Source: Octopus vulgaris (Eukaryota). From it: a stretch of 64,000 nucleotides of DNA. Position 1 is the stretch's first letter, and every line of letters starts with the position of its first letter. The position numbers and the translations under genes are program-made. The stretch covers positions 107,198,001 through 107,262,000 of the forward strand of contig OX597817.1 of assembly GCA_951406725.2 (NCBI GenBank), written 5' to 3'. Positions 26,219 through 39,533 of this stretch are shown piece by piece. Below the pieces are notes generated by a model that was given only the letters and a program-made list of their open reading frames with translations, had not been told where the DNA came from and did no database searches.

Positions 26219-26509
26219 AAAATCTTCAAATATTAGGCGGTATTTTGTGCCATTTAAATGATTTTTAATAAGAATAAAATCTAATTTGCCTGCGACACAA
26301 GTTGACCCTCCATATCATAACAAAAAAATCATTCATACTATTTTTTGAAAACAATCAAGCTGAACATAACTGGTCTTCTTTTGTTATAGAACTCTTTATC
26401 TCAGTTGAACCCTTTCGTTTTATTAGAGTTTGATCCATTGGTTTCTTTCTCATTGTTCGTATTTAAGATCTTTCAATATCGTACTTACGCAATATCTGTA
26501 CCTTTTATC

Positions 26510-26830
26510 GTAATCTTTTACTTGTTTCAGCCATCGAAAGGTTTCAGTCAAAGTCTGGTACTTATTCTATCGGTTTCTTTTGCCGAACCGCTAAGTTGCG
26601 AGGGACATAAGCAGAACAGCACCAGCTGTCAAACGGGGTTTGGGGACAAACACAGTACACACACACACGCACACACAAACACACACGACGGGGTTTCTTT
26701 CAGTTGCCTTTTACCATATCTACTTATAAGGCTATGTTTGGTTCAGGCTCCTACAAGAAGAGACTTGTAGAGTTTGGGGCAGTGGGACTGAACCCAGGAC
26801 TTCGTGATTGCAAAGCAAAGCTCTTACCAT
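26510..26830 (-). mobile_element. SINE family B, diverged
   Basis: Tail and head motifs recognisable. Confidence 0.75.
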
Positions 26831-26955
26831 ACTACCAGGCCCGCGCCAACATATAATGGAAAGTTAATTTATTTGCGAATTTTTAGTCACGTACTTGCGT
26901 GCGTGCATTATCACACACACACGCACGCACGCACACACATGCACGCACACACATG

Positions 26956-27010
<55 letters not shown>

Positions 27011-27411
27011 ATCCATTATTAATACTTCATATACCCATGTGTCTTAAAATTAACTCAGTCATTAAAATTAACTCAGCGCAAACACATACAATGTAACATA
27101 TACGTGCACTCATCCATGTGTAACGCCTGTTAACGAAAGCAGATTAGATTCTACCTATATTCTGGCTATATTTTATGTATCATGTAACTGAACTGACGGT
27201 ACACATGATTAATAGCCTTACCCGTTAGCATATACATACAAACTTAATGGCAGCGATATTATACCTGCGTCACATGAAAATTGGAGGAATTCGTTTAATT
27301 TCCCACTTAACCATATACATCAAGTTAAATATCTTTTATATATGATAATTAATATTTAGAATTTTAATCTATGTAGGAAGTGCATACCTTATCTGCCCAT
27401 GCTTCACATCT

Positions 27412-27508
<97 letters not shown>

Positions 27509-28057
27509 CATATATATATGTATATACATATATATATATCTTAATTATACTAAAACTCTAGAGATGTTTGTGTGCACTCGAATTATCTCAGAAATAGTAT
27601 ATTTTATCTTAACTACTTTTGCATATTTATTTTTATAATTACCTTCGGCAGTGCAGTACAAATTTTTGTGATATATGGACCTCTATTTATTAATGAAAAC
27701 GATTAAACGATTTTTGTTATTCCTTGAAAAAAAAAAAAAAAAAAACATGGCTTCCGTGACGTCAATACGCATACACACATACAGAATACACCCACATATA
27801 ATGAATGTCATAGCGTGTCAATCAACACAAACGCACGTTCGCTACCTGTGACATACACACACACATAGTCTTCGTGCTCTCTAAGGAAAAAAAAAACGTC
27901 GACTTTTAGCGTACACGATGTTTTAATCATTTAGAAATGTTTTTAACTGAATGTGATTTCAAAAATGTAAGTTGTTTGTACAGTAAGTATTTATATTTTA
28001 GCTTTCTTTAAACAGACAATATTTTAATGTTTTTTTAAAAATTATTTTCAAGTGAAT

Positions 28058-28193
28058 GGCGATCTTTCGCTTGTCATCCGGAGTTTGTAAATTTCCGTAA
28101 AAAATTTTCTATTTATTTACTTTTCTTTTAAAGTGAAACCGAGGAGAAAGTGGAAGATGTGTGTACATATATTTGAAATGGACGTGTGTGCGT

Positions 28194-28247
<54 letters not shown>

Positions 28248-28498
28248 GAGAGAGAGAAAAAGAGTGAGGGGAAAGAGGGAGAGAAAAAGAGAGAGAGAGT
28301 GAGTGAATGTGTGTGTCCTCATGTATGTGTAAGTGGCACTCCCCCCGCCACACGTTAATTTCATATACACGTACATACATCTTTCACTTTCTCCTCTCTT
28401 TCACTTTAAAACAAAAGTAAATAAAAAAATTACGGAAATTAACGAATAAAACCAGCTGATGCGGATGACAGTTCTGAGAGTCAAAGCGAAAGATCGCT
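28058..28498. repeat. Inverted repeat, arms 28058-28188 and 28349-28498, around an (AG)n spacer
   Basis: gcgatctttcgct/agcgaaagatcgc, tgtcatccg/cggatgaca, ttttaaagtgaaa/tttcactttaaaa, gaggagaaagtg/cactttctcctc. Confidence 0.9.
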
Positions 28499-28555
28499 GG
28501 CAAGGGGATACCATTACAAAAAAAATTTCGAGTGTAATCAACATATTTCAGCTCC

Positions 28556-28674
28556 AAAGATTTGGCTGTTATTTCCAGCACGCCCTGCTACCATGTAACA
28601 GGTATTTGCGATAAAGGACCCGAAATACCTGTTATGTGGTAGCAGGGCGTGCAAGAAATAGCAGCCAAATCTTT
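28556..28674. repeat. 52-bp inverted repeat with 15-nt loop
   Basis: 47 of 52 positions are Watson-Crick and 3 more are G-U on the plus strand. Confidence 0.95.
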
Positions 28675-29014
28675 CCTTTTCTGGGGAAAGGAACCGTTTA
28701 CGCGTGATTTCGATGTCACATTCGTTGAAAGAATGCGAAATAACATGGAAAAGAAAAGAAAACCCACGAGACAAAATTCCGTTGCTGGGAAACTCAAACT
28801 TTCAAAGTGACCCAATGGATCACGGGTAACACACACACACATGTATGTATATACGGTAATTAAACATAAACTAATAATAGTTTCATACTGTGGAAGCAAT
28901 AATTCGGCAGATTTAAATAGTTTACTGTTCTGTTAATAGTAGGATTAACAAATAAGTATTCTATCCAGTGGGAGAGTGATATCTTTCAATATACGCATAT
29001 TATATATAAAATAT

Positions 29015-29272
29015 AAACTGAATATTGGAGTCTGTGATATAACTTTATTTCACGCTTTTCAATTGTTTCAGCAATTCCATAGAGACTATTCTCCCACTAT
29101 GTTTTTATAAGCATGTCCATTGTGAATGATCTAGTCGTGCATACCCTATAATGTAATATACATAGCCGTCCATGGACGTGTTTATAAACAATGTGGGAAG
29201 TCACCATAGAATTGTTGAAACAATCGCCAACCACGAAATAAAAGTAATATCACAAACATCAATCTTCAGTTT
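29015..29272. repeat. Inverted repeat, arms 29015-29120 and 29172-29272 (Penelope pLTR-like)
   Basis: aaactgaa/ttcagttt, tgtgatat/atatcaca, attgtttca/tgaaacaat, gtccat/atggac. GAAACAATTG followed by AATAAA on the minus strand. Confidence 0.88.
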
Positions 29273-29469
29273 TTAGTATTCACACTCATCAGAATTCCTT
29301 CAGGAAAATGACCCCACTCAATATGGAGAAGAGGTGTAGGTAAACATTCTATACAGTGAATCCAATGCAAATTATCTTAGGCAGATTAAAAGAGAAAGTA
29401 GACTTTAGTGACAAGAATTTAGGCGCAATAAGCATTAAGAACGCACAGGAAGCATACTTTCTTAGAAGC

Positions 29470-29995
29470 TTAGAAGGATTCCTAGAAGTAGTAGATGTTT
29501 TGAAAGCATGGTTGCAATACAGGCTGGAGAAAGTTCGGAGAACTATTACCTCTGTTGGCAACAAAAGGTTTTTCTCCTGAAACAAAAAGTGAAAAGTAGA
29601 TTGTATGATTCTTGTGTATTAACTGCAATACTGCAGTAGTGATACAGTCTCTGAATGTAGAGGACTTGAGAAGATCTGGAAGAGATGAAACTAGCATATT
29701 CTGTTGGATGTGCAACTTAAGAGAGCATGAAGGACAAAGTAAAAATGTGTTTGGAGAAAAATTGGGCATAAGAGGAATCAGATGCAGTGTGCAAGAAGGA
29801 AGGCCAAGCTGGTATGGACTTGTAATGCATATGGATAAGGACGATTTTATGAAGTCTGGAGTTTGTTGAATAGGGAGATTCAGGAAGACGTAAGACGAAG
29901 TAGTGAAAGCTGATCTCAGGCTCATTAAATTCACTGAAGGGATGGCAAAAGAGCAGAATTACTGGAGATATGTGAGAAGACCTGTCCGTCACAAC
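29470..29995 (+). pseudogene. RTE (BovB-like) LINE 3' fragment
   Basis: RDETSIFCWMCNL...KLGIRGIRCSVQEGRPSWYGLVMHM matches the RTE C-terminal RLRWYGHV region. Confidence 0.8.
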
Positions 29996-31239
29996 AAAAC
30001 TTAAATTCTGGAAACTGTATGTATGTATGTATGTATGTATGTATGTATGTATGTATGTATGTATGTATGTATGTATGTATGTATGTATGTGTGTATGTAT
30101 GTATGTATGTATATCTACTATATAAATGAGAGTATAAACGTCCACGAGAAAAATGGATTCGATTTGCGAAATGTGCGTCCCAACAACAAAGTTTTCAGTT
30201 ATAGCTAATCAGAAGATTTAACCTACGAGAAATAATTAATCTACCATTCTCTATCTGTCTCCATCAGGCTCTCCCTCTTTTTCATGCCTTTCTCCTCTCT
30301 CTATATATTTACCACACTCTTTATCCCTCTCTGTATACAATATATCTCACTCATTCTGCTTCCCACTCTCTCTTGGTATGGCATGTAATTGCTTTCGTTT
30401 TGTTTAAAACTTCGTTGTTGTAATATTTATTTTCATTTTATGATACACAGCTATCGCGCGGAAAATTCTAGCTTCCAAATCTTATTTTCTGATCGGGTAT
30501 AGATTACCAAACTTTAAGCTTCTGCAAAATGTTTCTATTAGGCTTAGGAACTTGGATAATTTAACATTGTTTGTGAAAATAAACAAATACTCGCGCGAGG
30601 TTTTTTAAAGAAACCAAGTTGGTGTGTGTGCTTCAGTACATGATTGAAAACGTAAGGCGTTTCATTGCTGTACTGTATGATGGTAAGTTGGGCATATCTG
30701 TAATCTGTATGAGATATGTGCCTGTGTATGTAGGTGGCCTTTATGTGTGTGTGTGTGTGTGTGCGTGTGTGTGTGTGTGCGCGCGTGTGTGCGCGCGTGT
30801 ACATAGATGTGTCGGAGAGTGCGGTGCGCTACTTGTTTATGCTCGGGGATTACAAAAATTGGATCTTTTCAACCCCCAAAATCTTTTATGAATATACCAG
30901 GCCTCGTTCATCAAAGGGAAATAATTTTGATTCTTTTACCACAAATCTGTCAGAGATATCGACCTATTGTCTCGGTTCACTTTCTTATATGTGCGCAGAC
31001 GGTTGGTAGTGTAACTACTATTATTGCTATGTATTAGTATTGTAAAGACTGTTGTTATCATTGAGCCTACATCGCCTCAAAGTTATCTCTTTTACCTTCT
31101 CTTCTCTGTACTGAGTAGTTATGTGTGGGGTTGCGTGTATGCATGAGTGTATATGTGTATGTATGTATGTATGTATGTATGTATGTATGTATGTATGTAT
31201 GTATGTATGTATGTGCAACATGTGGCTAGTTAGCTTGCG

Positions 31240-32338
31240 GGATCTTTTTAGTTTGGCTGCCAATTTTCGAAAATTCAAAGTTTACCCTTTTACTCTTTTT
31301 ACTCTTTGTTTCAGTCATTTGACTGCGGCCATGCTGGAGCACCGCGTTTAGTCGAACAAAGCGACCCCAGGACTTATTCTTTGTAAGCCTAGTACTTATT
31401 CTATCGGTTTCTTTTGCTGAACCGCTAAGTTACAGGAACGTAAACACTCCAGCATCGGCTGTCAAGCGACGGTGGCGGGGACAAACACACACATGACAGG
31501 CTTCTTTCAGTTTCCGTCTACCAAATCCACTCACAAGGCTTTGGTCGGCCCGAGGCTATAGTAGATAACACTTGCCCAAGGTGCCACGCAGTGGGACTGA
31601 ACCCGGAACCATGTGGTTGGTAAGCAAGCAATTACTGCACAGCCACTCCTGCGCCTAATTTTTTATTTTGTAAAAAAATTTAAAATTTGCTACATTAATG
31701 TAGTATTCCAAGCTGCATCTAAGGAGATATTTCACTTTTTCCATAAAAATCTAAAATACAAAAAAAGTTATACAGGTTTAAAGTTTGATAATTTTCATCC
31801 AGTCAGAAAACAGGATTTGGAAGCTGTCATTTTGTGAGTGACTTGTTTTAATATGAAACTGAATAAATCAACTACTGCTTTATGCACCCCATATAATCCA
31901 TCATAACATTTTTATTTTTTGGAATTTTCAGAAAATTTTTGCGAATTTGTTTCTACACTCAATAATTCATATGATTATGCAAAAAAAAAAAAACAATGAT
32001 TGGGGATGCGTGATTTAAGGCCTATTTGGCTGTTAATTTTAGCACCTCTCTCGACCAAGGTTCAAGCAGCAGAATACAGCGTAGAATATATTTGTCAACA
32101 CGTTCTATCTCGTAGACAAAAGAGTTCTCATGTTTGTGCTTGTTACTATGGAAACAGGCATGAATATGTCTGTGGCTTACGATAGTTAAAATTCTTTAAA
32201 TGCTAATAACTCTTTATTTATTGATTTATTGCGAAAGCGAATTTCGAAGCAGTGATTAGCATATAAAACCATATCATCACACCAAATATGAAATCAATTC
32301 GAAGAGACTGAAAATTGGCAGCCAATCTGATAAGATCT
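31240..32338. mobile_element. MITE with GGATCTTTT..TTTGGCTGCCA TIRs (Merlin-like) and nested SINE B (31285-31655)
   Basis: TIR pair and degenerate 8-bp TSD agcttgcg/ggcttgtg. Internal similarity to 44136-44835. Confidence 0.7.
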
Positions 32339-33195
32339 GGCTTGTGTAATAAGGACAGTCATTTTACTAAACATGTGATTGTTTTATAAAATTTAAAATC
32401 CCAATTGCATTTTCTGTGTTTATCATTATTACTCTTTCTCTCTTTCTCATCTTATTAGTGTGTGTGTGTGTGTATGTTTCTGTGCGCGTGAGCGTTTATA
32501 CACATGTGCATGAATGTGCGTTTATACACATGTGCATTACGACAGTTAGTACTTGCCTCTTGCAAACACATGGTGAGTGTTTGTGTGTGCATCTATATAT
32601 ATATGTGGTTTGTGATTGCATGTGTGTTTTTATCTGTGTTATACGCGGGCTTGTGAACGTGTGTGTGTGTGTGACGAGTATATGAGTGCAGTGTGTGTGT
32701 GTGAGTGCGTGGCGCATACTCATGTATGTGTGTGCAAAGTCGTTTATGTTAGCTATCGCATAAACTTAAGTCGGCCTTGATAATGGAGACCAATGTTCTG
32801 AGGCGTTCTACCCGTGTCAGTTTCGTCTTTTTTTGTATATCTAAGGCTGTTCATTGTGTCATTCCCAGTGTGCATTTGTTGGGACACCAGCTCTTTTTTT
32901 TATTGTATATCTAAGACTACATTATCGAGAGCTGCGTGGAGTCCCCTTCGTTGGTTTGTCGTTTGTGCATGTGTGAGCCCAAGATCATAAGTATAGTTTA
33001 TATTGGTTAAGTACAATATCCTACATTTTTCAGGGTTTGAAAGTTTGAGAAAAGGTGACAAACATCCATTTCTAAAGATTAGCAAGTAAGTAAAGTTTGA
33101 TGCCTTTAAACGAGATTCTAAATCGTGTTGCGTTTCTTGGATTTCTCAAGACGGTGATCATTCGGTACTAGTAACATAACTGTCACTTATAAACC

Positions 33196-33331
33196 CACGT
33201 GGGTTTCTTTACATTTCTGAAGAAAAAAGATACCCTTCCCCCCACCCCTAACCCTAACCCACATATATAAAAAAATAGAAATTTTACGGAAAGTGACGAT
33301 CTTCTTCTTCAAATGTAAACAAATACACGTG
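33196..33331. repeat. Palindromic element with central CCCTAA motifs
   Basis: cacgtg..tttacattt..gaagaa..agat pairs with atcttcttcttcaaatgtaaa..cacgtg. Confidence 0.7.
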
Positions 33332-33504
33332 ATGTAAATGGGACTCATATCGAAAGAATCCTCTCAAGACGTTGCCCTCATTAGCTTTATGCCAATTAAG
33401 ATACATTATTTATAATACTTATTAATATAATGAGAATAAAGTTTATTTAGTTGATTGATCGAATCCTGTCATACCAGTATCGATTCTCCGGCTATTGACT
33501 TTTT

Positions 33505-34110
33505 CCTAAAGAATCTTCCAACTACATGGGCGTAACACTTAATCTATTTAACTTTCTACTACCCATACCATAAACCAAACGAATCATGCATTACATTCAT
33601 ATTCACTCTAATCACTCTAGTAGCATTATGAACTACCTTATTCCCACAGCTCTCGAAGACTCCTACTGTCCAGCAAACGGAAAAATATTTACAGAAGCCG
33701 TTGCATATTATAACGATGCAGTCCACAGAAGCGGCTACAAAAAACAAAAAGACAAAAAAAAAAAACGATATCACTTTTATACAACACAACCACGTAAAAG
33801 AAACAAAAGAAAAAAAAACTTCATACCTCTATACAACGTAAATATAGCTGCACTTACTGGAAAATCTTTTTGACTTTACTAAGAACCCCACCCCTCCACA
33901 GCAAGTCATAGATGGTACAAAATCTTCAACAAAAATACAGTAAAATTTCATATTCGATTACTTCAAATTTCAAACAAATTATTCCTTCTACTAACCCTCA
34001 AATGCTAAATAAAACTTGTGAAAACCTTTCCACATAGAATTTCAAATACAGTGACAATAACAATTGCCCATTCAAGAACTGCTTAGCTAAGGACATAGTA
34101 TATTATAAAT
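33505..34110 (+). pseudogene. Penelope-like element RT C-terminal/linker fragment
   Basis: NYMGVTLNL, PYHKPNE, YIHIHSNH, FTEAVAYYNDAVHRSGY, KIFNKNTVK and NCLAKDIVY motifs. Confidence 0.85.
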
Positions 34111-34408
34111 TAGCTCTACCTAAACTTCTGAAGTTCTCAATAAGCCTTAACTGAAACAGACTTTTACCGGACTAATGATTAGGGATTAAATATTTTATTT
34201 CTCAGATTTACCTTTGAGTAATTCATACCAAGTGGCTAGACTTCTTTCTGATCTTCTCATTCCTTGAAAGATACAGAAATAAGTTAAAAAATGAATTGGG
34301 GAAAAAATGGAATGTATACACGTTAAAGTATAAATATACTTAATGCACCAAGCCACTTAATGAACTAAAAATGTATAGGCTCGTGGAAAGAATAATATAC
34401 GAATACAT

Positions 34409-34506
<98 letters not shown>

Positions 34507-34681
34507 ACGCAAATACATACATACATACATACATATACAAAAATACCCTGTTGATGTTGAAATTCCAATGAAGGAGCTTTGGATCTAGGTTAGAAACCGG
34601 CCTTTTCGCTATTGGCATGAAATCTTGAAATAAAATTAAATAACTACATAATACATACATACATGCATACGCATAAACGTG

Positions 34682-34730
<49 letters not shown>

Positions 34731-34898
34731 CAACGTAGTGATATGCCTATACATTTATGATTTTTTTGTATGTATGTATATGTTTGTATATACGTATTAT
34801 ATGCATGTATAAATGTATACATAAAGATATGTATATAAATACATATATATATATATATGTTTACATACATACATATAAATGCATATATCTATCTATGA

Positions 34899-34966
<68 letters not shown>

Positions 34967-35061
34967 CATCACACCTGATTATATACTGCAGAGATGAAAG
35001 AGGTATTAGCATATGGTGATATATAAATATATTTATACACGCACACACACGCACACATACA

Positions 35062-35232
<171 letters not shown>

Positions 35233-35432
35233 GTGTTTGTGTGCTAGTGTGTGTGGGCGGAAGCTGAGAGGGAATAGTCAGCTATAACAATTCTTCTATT
35301 TCGTTAATGATTCAAAACTAATAGACGAATTCCATGCTATTTCAGCACAGCAGCTCCATAGCATTGATACTATTTTTGTCTGACTACGAAGAACATCTGA
35401 GACGATTTGTCGTCATAATCAACAAGATTCGA

Positions 35433-35497
<65 letters not shown>

Positions 35498-35825
35498 TAT
35501 GCTGTTGCTGCTGTTGCCGCTGGTGTTGTTGCTGCTGAAGATGTGGTGGTGTAGGAGGAGGTTAGCGATGACGACAACGATGACGATTATAATGACGATG
35601 ACGATGGCGATGACGATGGCGATGACGATATCGAGTAGGAGGTGGAAATGTCTACGATGCCAATGATAGCGATTTCTGTATTTGTCATAAACCTTGAGAG
35701 TAGGAGGAGAATCATTATTAAATGTAAATAAAACAATATGAATAGGATAAAAATATACAGGTACACACACACACGCATACACACACACACGTGCACCCAC
35801 ACACACGCTCACACACACTCACTCG

Positions 35826-35916
<91 letters not shown>

Positions 35917-36519
35917 TGCTGCTAAAGAGAAAGACAGCAAAACAATCAAGGCAGAAAGATACATTTAGAACGATACAAACGATACCTTTATCAGCATACC
36001 GACAGAGTTGTTCCTGTCCAGAGAAAATTGGCCAATACGAGGATAGCCATGAATTGTTATATTTCGGGACGCTCACTTTTCCTTGCTAAATAAACACACG
36101 CACTGTATATTCGTTCTTCACTTGCTTATTATGGATCTTATTTTATGTCTATTGTTGGGAATCTCTCATCACACGTCCCGAGATCTCTTCAGTGACACTT
36201 CATCCCACGTGTCTTCTCCGGTTCTGTTTGGTTAAAGATTGTAGGCGCTGAATTACCAAAAAGAGAAAGGTATCTACTTAGCTGTATATTTATATATTTG
36301 CTAATTAAAGTTGGTCAACTGAGAAAAATGGAATTTCTTCATTATATCTGTTCTGACCCTTTCCAGAGAAAGGTTAACTTATTCGCATTCATCTATGAGT
36401 GCAGATGGGCTGAGACAATGGACATAATACTTGTTTGACAATGTATAAAAATGTGGATTTGGTTTCAAATCCTAGCTTAGCTATGCTTAGCAATACTGTA
36501 GTTGTTCAGCATTACGCAC

Positions 36520-36600
<81 letters not shown>

Positions 36601-36678
36601 AATACGTAGACACAGAAGCACACACACACAAACATAAATACGTAGACACAGAAGCACACACACACACACGCACATATA

Positions 36679-36715
<37 letters not shown>

Positions 36716-37196
36716 GCACACACACAATAACGTTTTCTCCGATTTTGGTACACCACTTTTGGGTGAGGCAAGGCGTAACCGTTTACTTTAGCCACCATAC
36801 TATATTTCTGGCACTTACTCAATTGGCTCCTAAAAATAAATGGCAACTGTTGACCTCAGTGAAAATTTTACCCAATGGCAGAGAACTGAATCTAAACCGC
36901 ATGTTACCTAGCTATTTGTGCGGCGTGCTGGCCGAATCGTTAGCGCTCGGAAAAACTATTAGTGATATTTCTTCCGGTTCTTTACGTTCTAAGTTCAAAG
37001 TCCGCTGAGTTTGACTTTCATCATTCATTTTGTGATCGAACAAAATAAGTACAGTCGAGCACTGCAGTGGATGTAATCGACTAGCCCGCTTCTTTCAAAA
37101 TTTCAGGCCTTCCAAAATTTCAGAATTATTGCTACTCTGAAAAGGAGAAAGATTTAAATAATTTAAATAATTCAAAGCAGAAGTGCACATGCATAA

Positions 37197-37263
<67 letters not shown>

Positions 37264-37644
37264 CTTCCACCCAATTTCCGCTAACCATCTATCTTTTATT
37301 TGTTTAAGTCATTGGGCTGCAGCCATACTGGGGCACCACCTTGAAGGCTTTAGACGAACAAATCGACCCTAGTTCTTATTTTAAAGTTTGATATATGCTG
37401 TATCGATTTCATTAGTCGAACTGTTAAGTTACGCTAACAACCCAATACCAATTGTCAAGTGATGGTGGTGTACAAACACACACACACACACACACACACA
37501 CAAATGCATACATGCATGCATACATACATACATGCATACATAGATACATAGATACATGCATACATACATACATACATACATACATACATACATACATACA
37601 TACATACATACATACATACATACATACATACATACATTAATATA

Positions 37645-38030
37645 AGGAATACTGGCGGAACATTCCCACCAAAACGTCCGTCAAATGTAAACATAAAAAG
37701 CCGGATGTTGTTGTTTGAGACAAGAAAAAATATGTACCATCATAGATGTCAGCTGTCCTGCTGACGTGAATATCTCTTTGAAAATGAAAGAGAAAGAGGA
37801 TAGCTATGGACAACTGCTTCGGAAACTCCAGCTTCTATATCCAGATTAAAACTTCACATTCATACTAATAATAATTAGTGCCCTTGGCTTTGAGAGTAAA
37901 TGCCTGTGACTATCTGGAGAGACTAGGATTTTCAGAATAAGAAATCAACCGACTCGCACATTAAGAATACAACTTATAAGTGGAAAAGTAAAAATATGCA
38001 AGACTTTACTCAAGGATAAAATGTGTCATT
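37645..38030 (+). pseudogene. RLE-type non-LTR retrotransposon (R4/Dong-like) endonuclease fragment
   Basis: KHKKPDVVV*DKKKICTIIDVSCPADVNISLKMKEKEDSYGQL...IIISALG: PD..D motif, K..KY-like segment and I.G.LG-like segment. Confidence 0.8.
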
Positions 38031-38139
38031 GTTTTTGTCATCAACTTTACAACGATGGAACTTTGTATCTTTGTTAGAAACTATCTCCTTCCTCAGGAGA
38101 AAGATTTAAATAATTCAAAGCAGAAGTGCACATGCATAA

Positions 38140-38206
<67 letters not shown>

Positions 38207-38609
38207 CTTCCACCCAATTTCCGTCTATCAAATTTAATCACAAGGTATTGGAAGATTATAATATAAGACATTTGCCCAAGATGTCGCGCATTGGGACTGA
38301 TCTTGAGCCCACTTAGTTGCAAAGCTGACTCAAATTTGGTGGATGAATTACATTTCGATTATATCGATCTTAGTATTTGATGGCTACTTTATTTCATCTA
38401 CCCTGGAATGACGAAAAAAGAAAAATCGGTCGTGACGGGATTGGAAGTAATGATCTAAAACTAAAAGATGGAAAAAAATAAAATTATGTGAATATGTACT
38501 TTTGCTCGATTTTCAGTTCTTTTCTTCCAATCGTCCTCTCTAACGATAGCATTTTTGTGATACTCTGACATTTCTGCAAACTCCTGCATCAGCCATTCCC
38601 ATAACTCTT

Positions 38610-39533
38610 TCTAATTTTAGCACAAGGCCAACAATTTAAGGGGATGGGTTTAGTTGATTACACTGACCCCTGTGTTCAATGGGTACTTATTTTATCGATC
38701 CCTGAAAGGAAGAAAGGTAAAGTCGACTTCGGCGACATTCGAACTCAGAAAGTAAAGACATGCTGCTAAGGATTTTGTTCGGCTCTTTTACTATTCTTCT
38801 AACGATTCTGCCAGGACGCTGCGTTGACCATTCTCACTATAATTCCCTTTAATTTTTGACACAAGGCCAGTGATTGGTGATGATGTAGTCGATTACATCG
38901 ACCTCAGAAAAAGTACTTGACTGGTACTTATTTTATTGACTCTGAAAAGATGAAAGGCAAAGTCGACCTCGGAGATATTTAATCTCAAAAAACCCCCCCC
39001 CAAAAAACCGAAAGAAATGTGGCAAAACATTTTATCCAACATCACAAACATTCTGACAGCTCGCCGTGTTGACAATTCTCATTACAATATTAACAACATA
39101 ACTAAGGCGGTGAGTTGGCAGAATCGTTAGCACGCCGGGCGAAATGCTTAGCGGTATTTCGTCTGCCGCTACGTTCTGAGTTCAAATTCCGTCGAGGTCG
39201 ACTTTGCCTTTCATCCTTTCGGGGTCGATAAATTAAGTACCAGTTACGCACTGGGGTCGATGCAATCGACTTTAATACCTTTGTCTGTCCTTGTTTGTCC
39301 CCACTATGTTTAGCCCCTTGTGGACAATAAAGAAATAAGAATCGTTACAGCACCGGGGAAAATGCTTAGCGGCATTTTGTCCACCTCTACATTCTGAGTT
39401 CAAATCCCGCCGAGGTTGGCTCTGTCTTTCATCCTTTCGAGGTCGATAAAATAAGTACCAGTTGAGCTCGATGTAATCGATTTGACCCTTCCCTTCGAAA
39501 CTGCTGGTCGTGTGCCAAAATTTGAAACCAATA
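38610..39533. mobile_element. SINE family A cluster: tandem minus copies (38610-38825, 38850-39068) and a plus-strand dimer (39103-39533)
   Basis: Family matches with repeated linker ccattc(c/t)ca. The dimer is flanked by cataacta. Confidence 0.88.

Noticed and set aside
28452-28500. Hammerhead-like CTGATGC...CGAAAGATCG
   Set aside because: Core has A9 to C and no valid NUH site or stem III. At most a relic.
33240-33262. CCCTAACCCTAACCC as telomerase RNA template or interstitial telomere
   Set aside because: Only about 2.5 units inside a palindromic repeat. No pseudoknot or H/ACA context seen.
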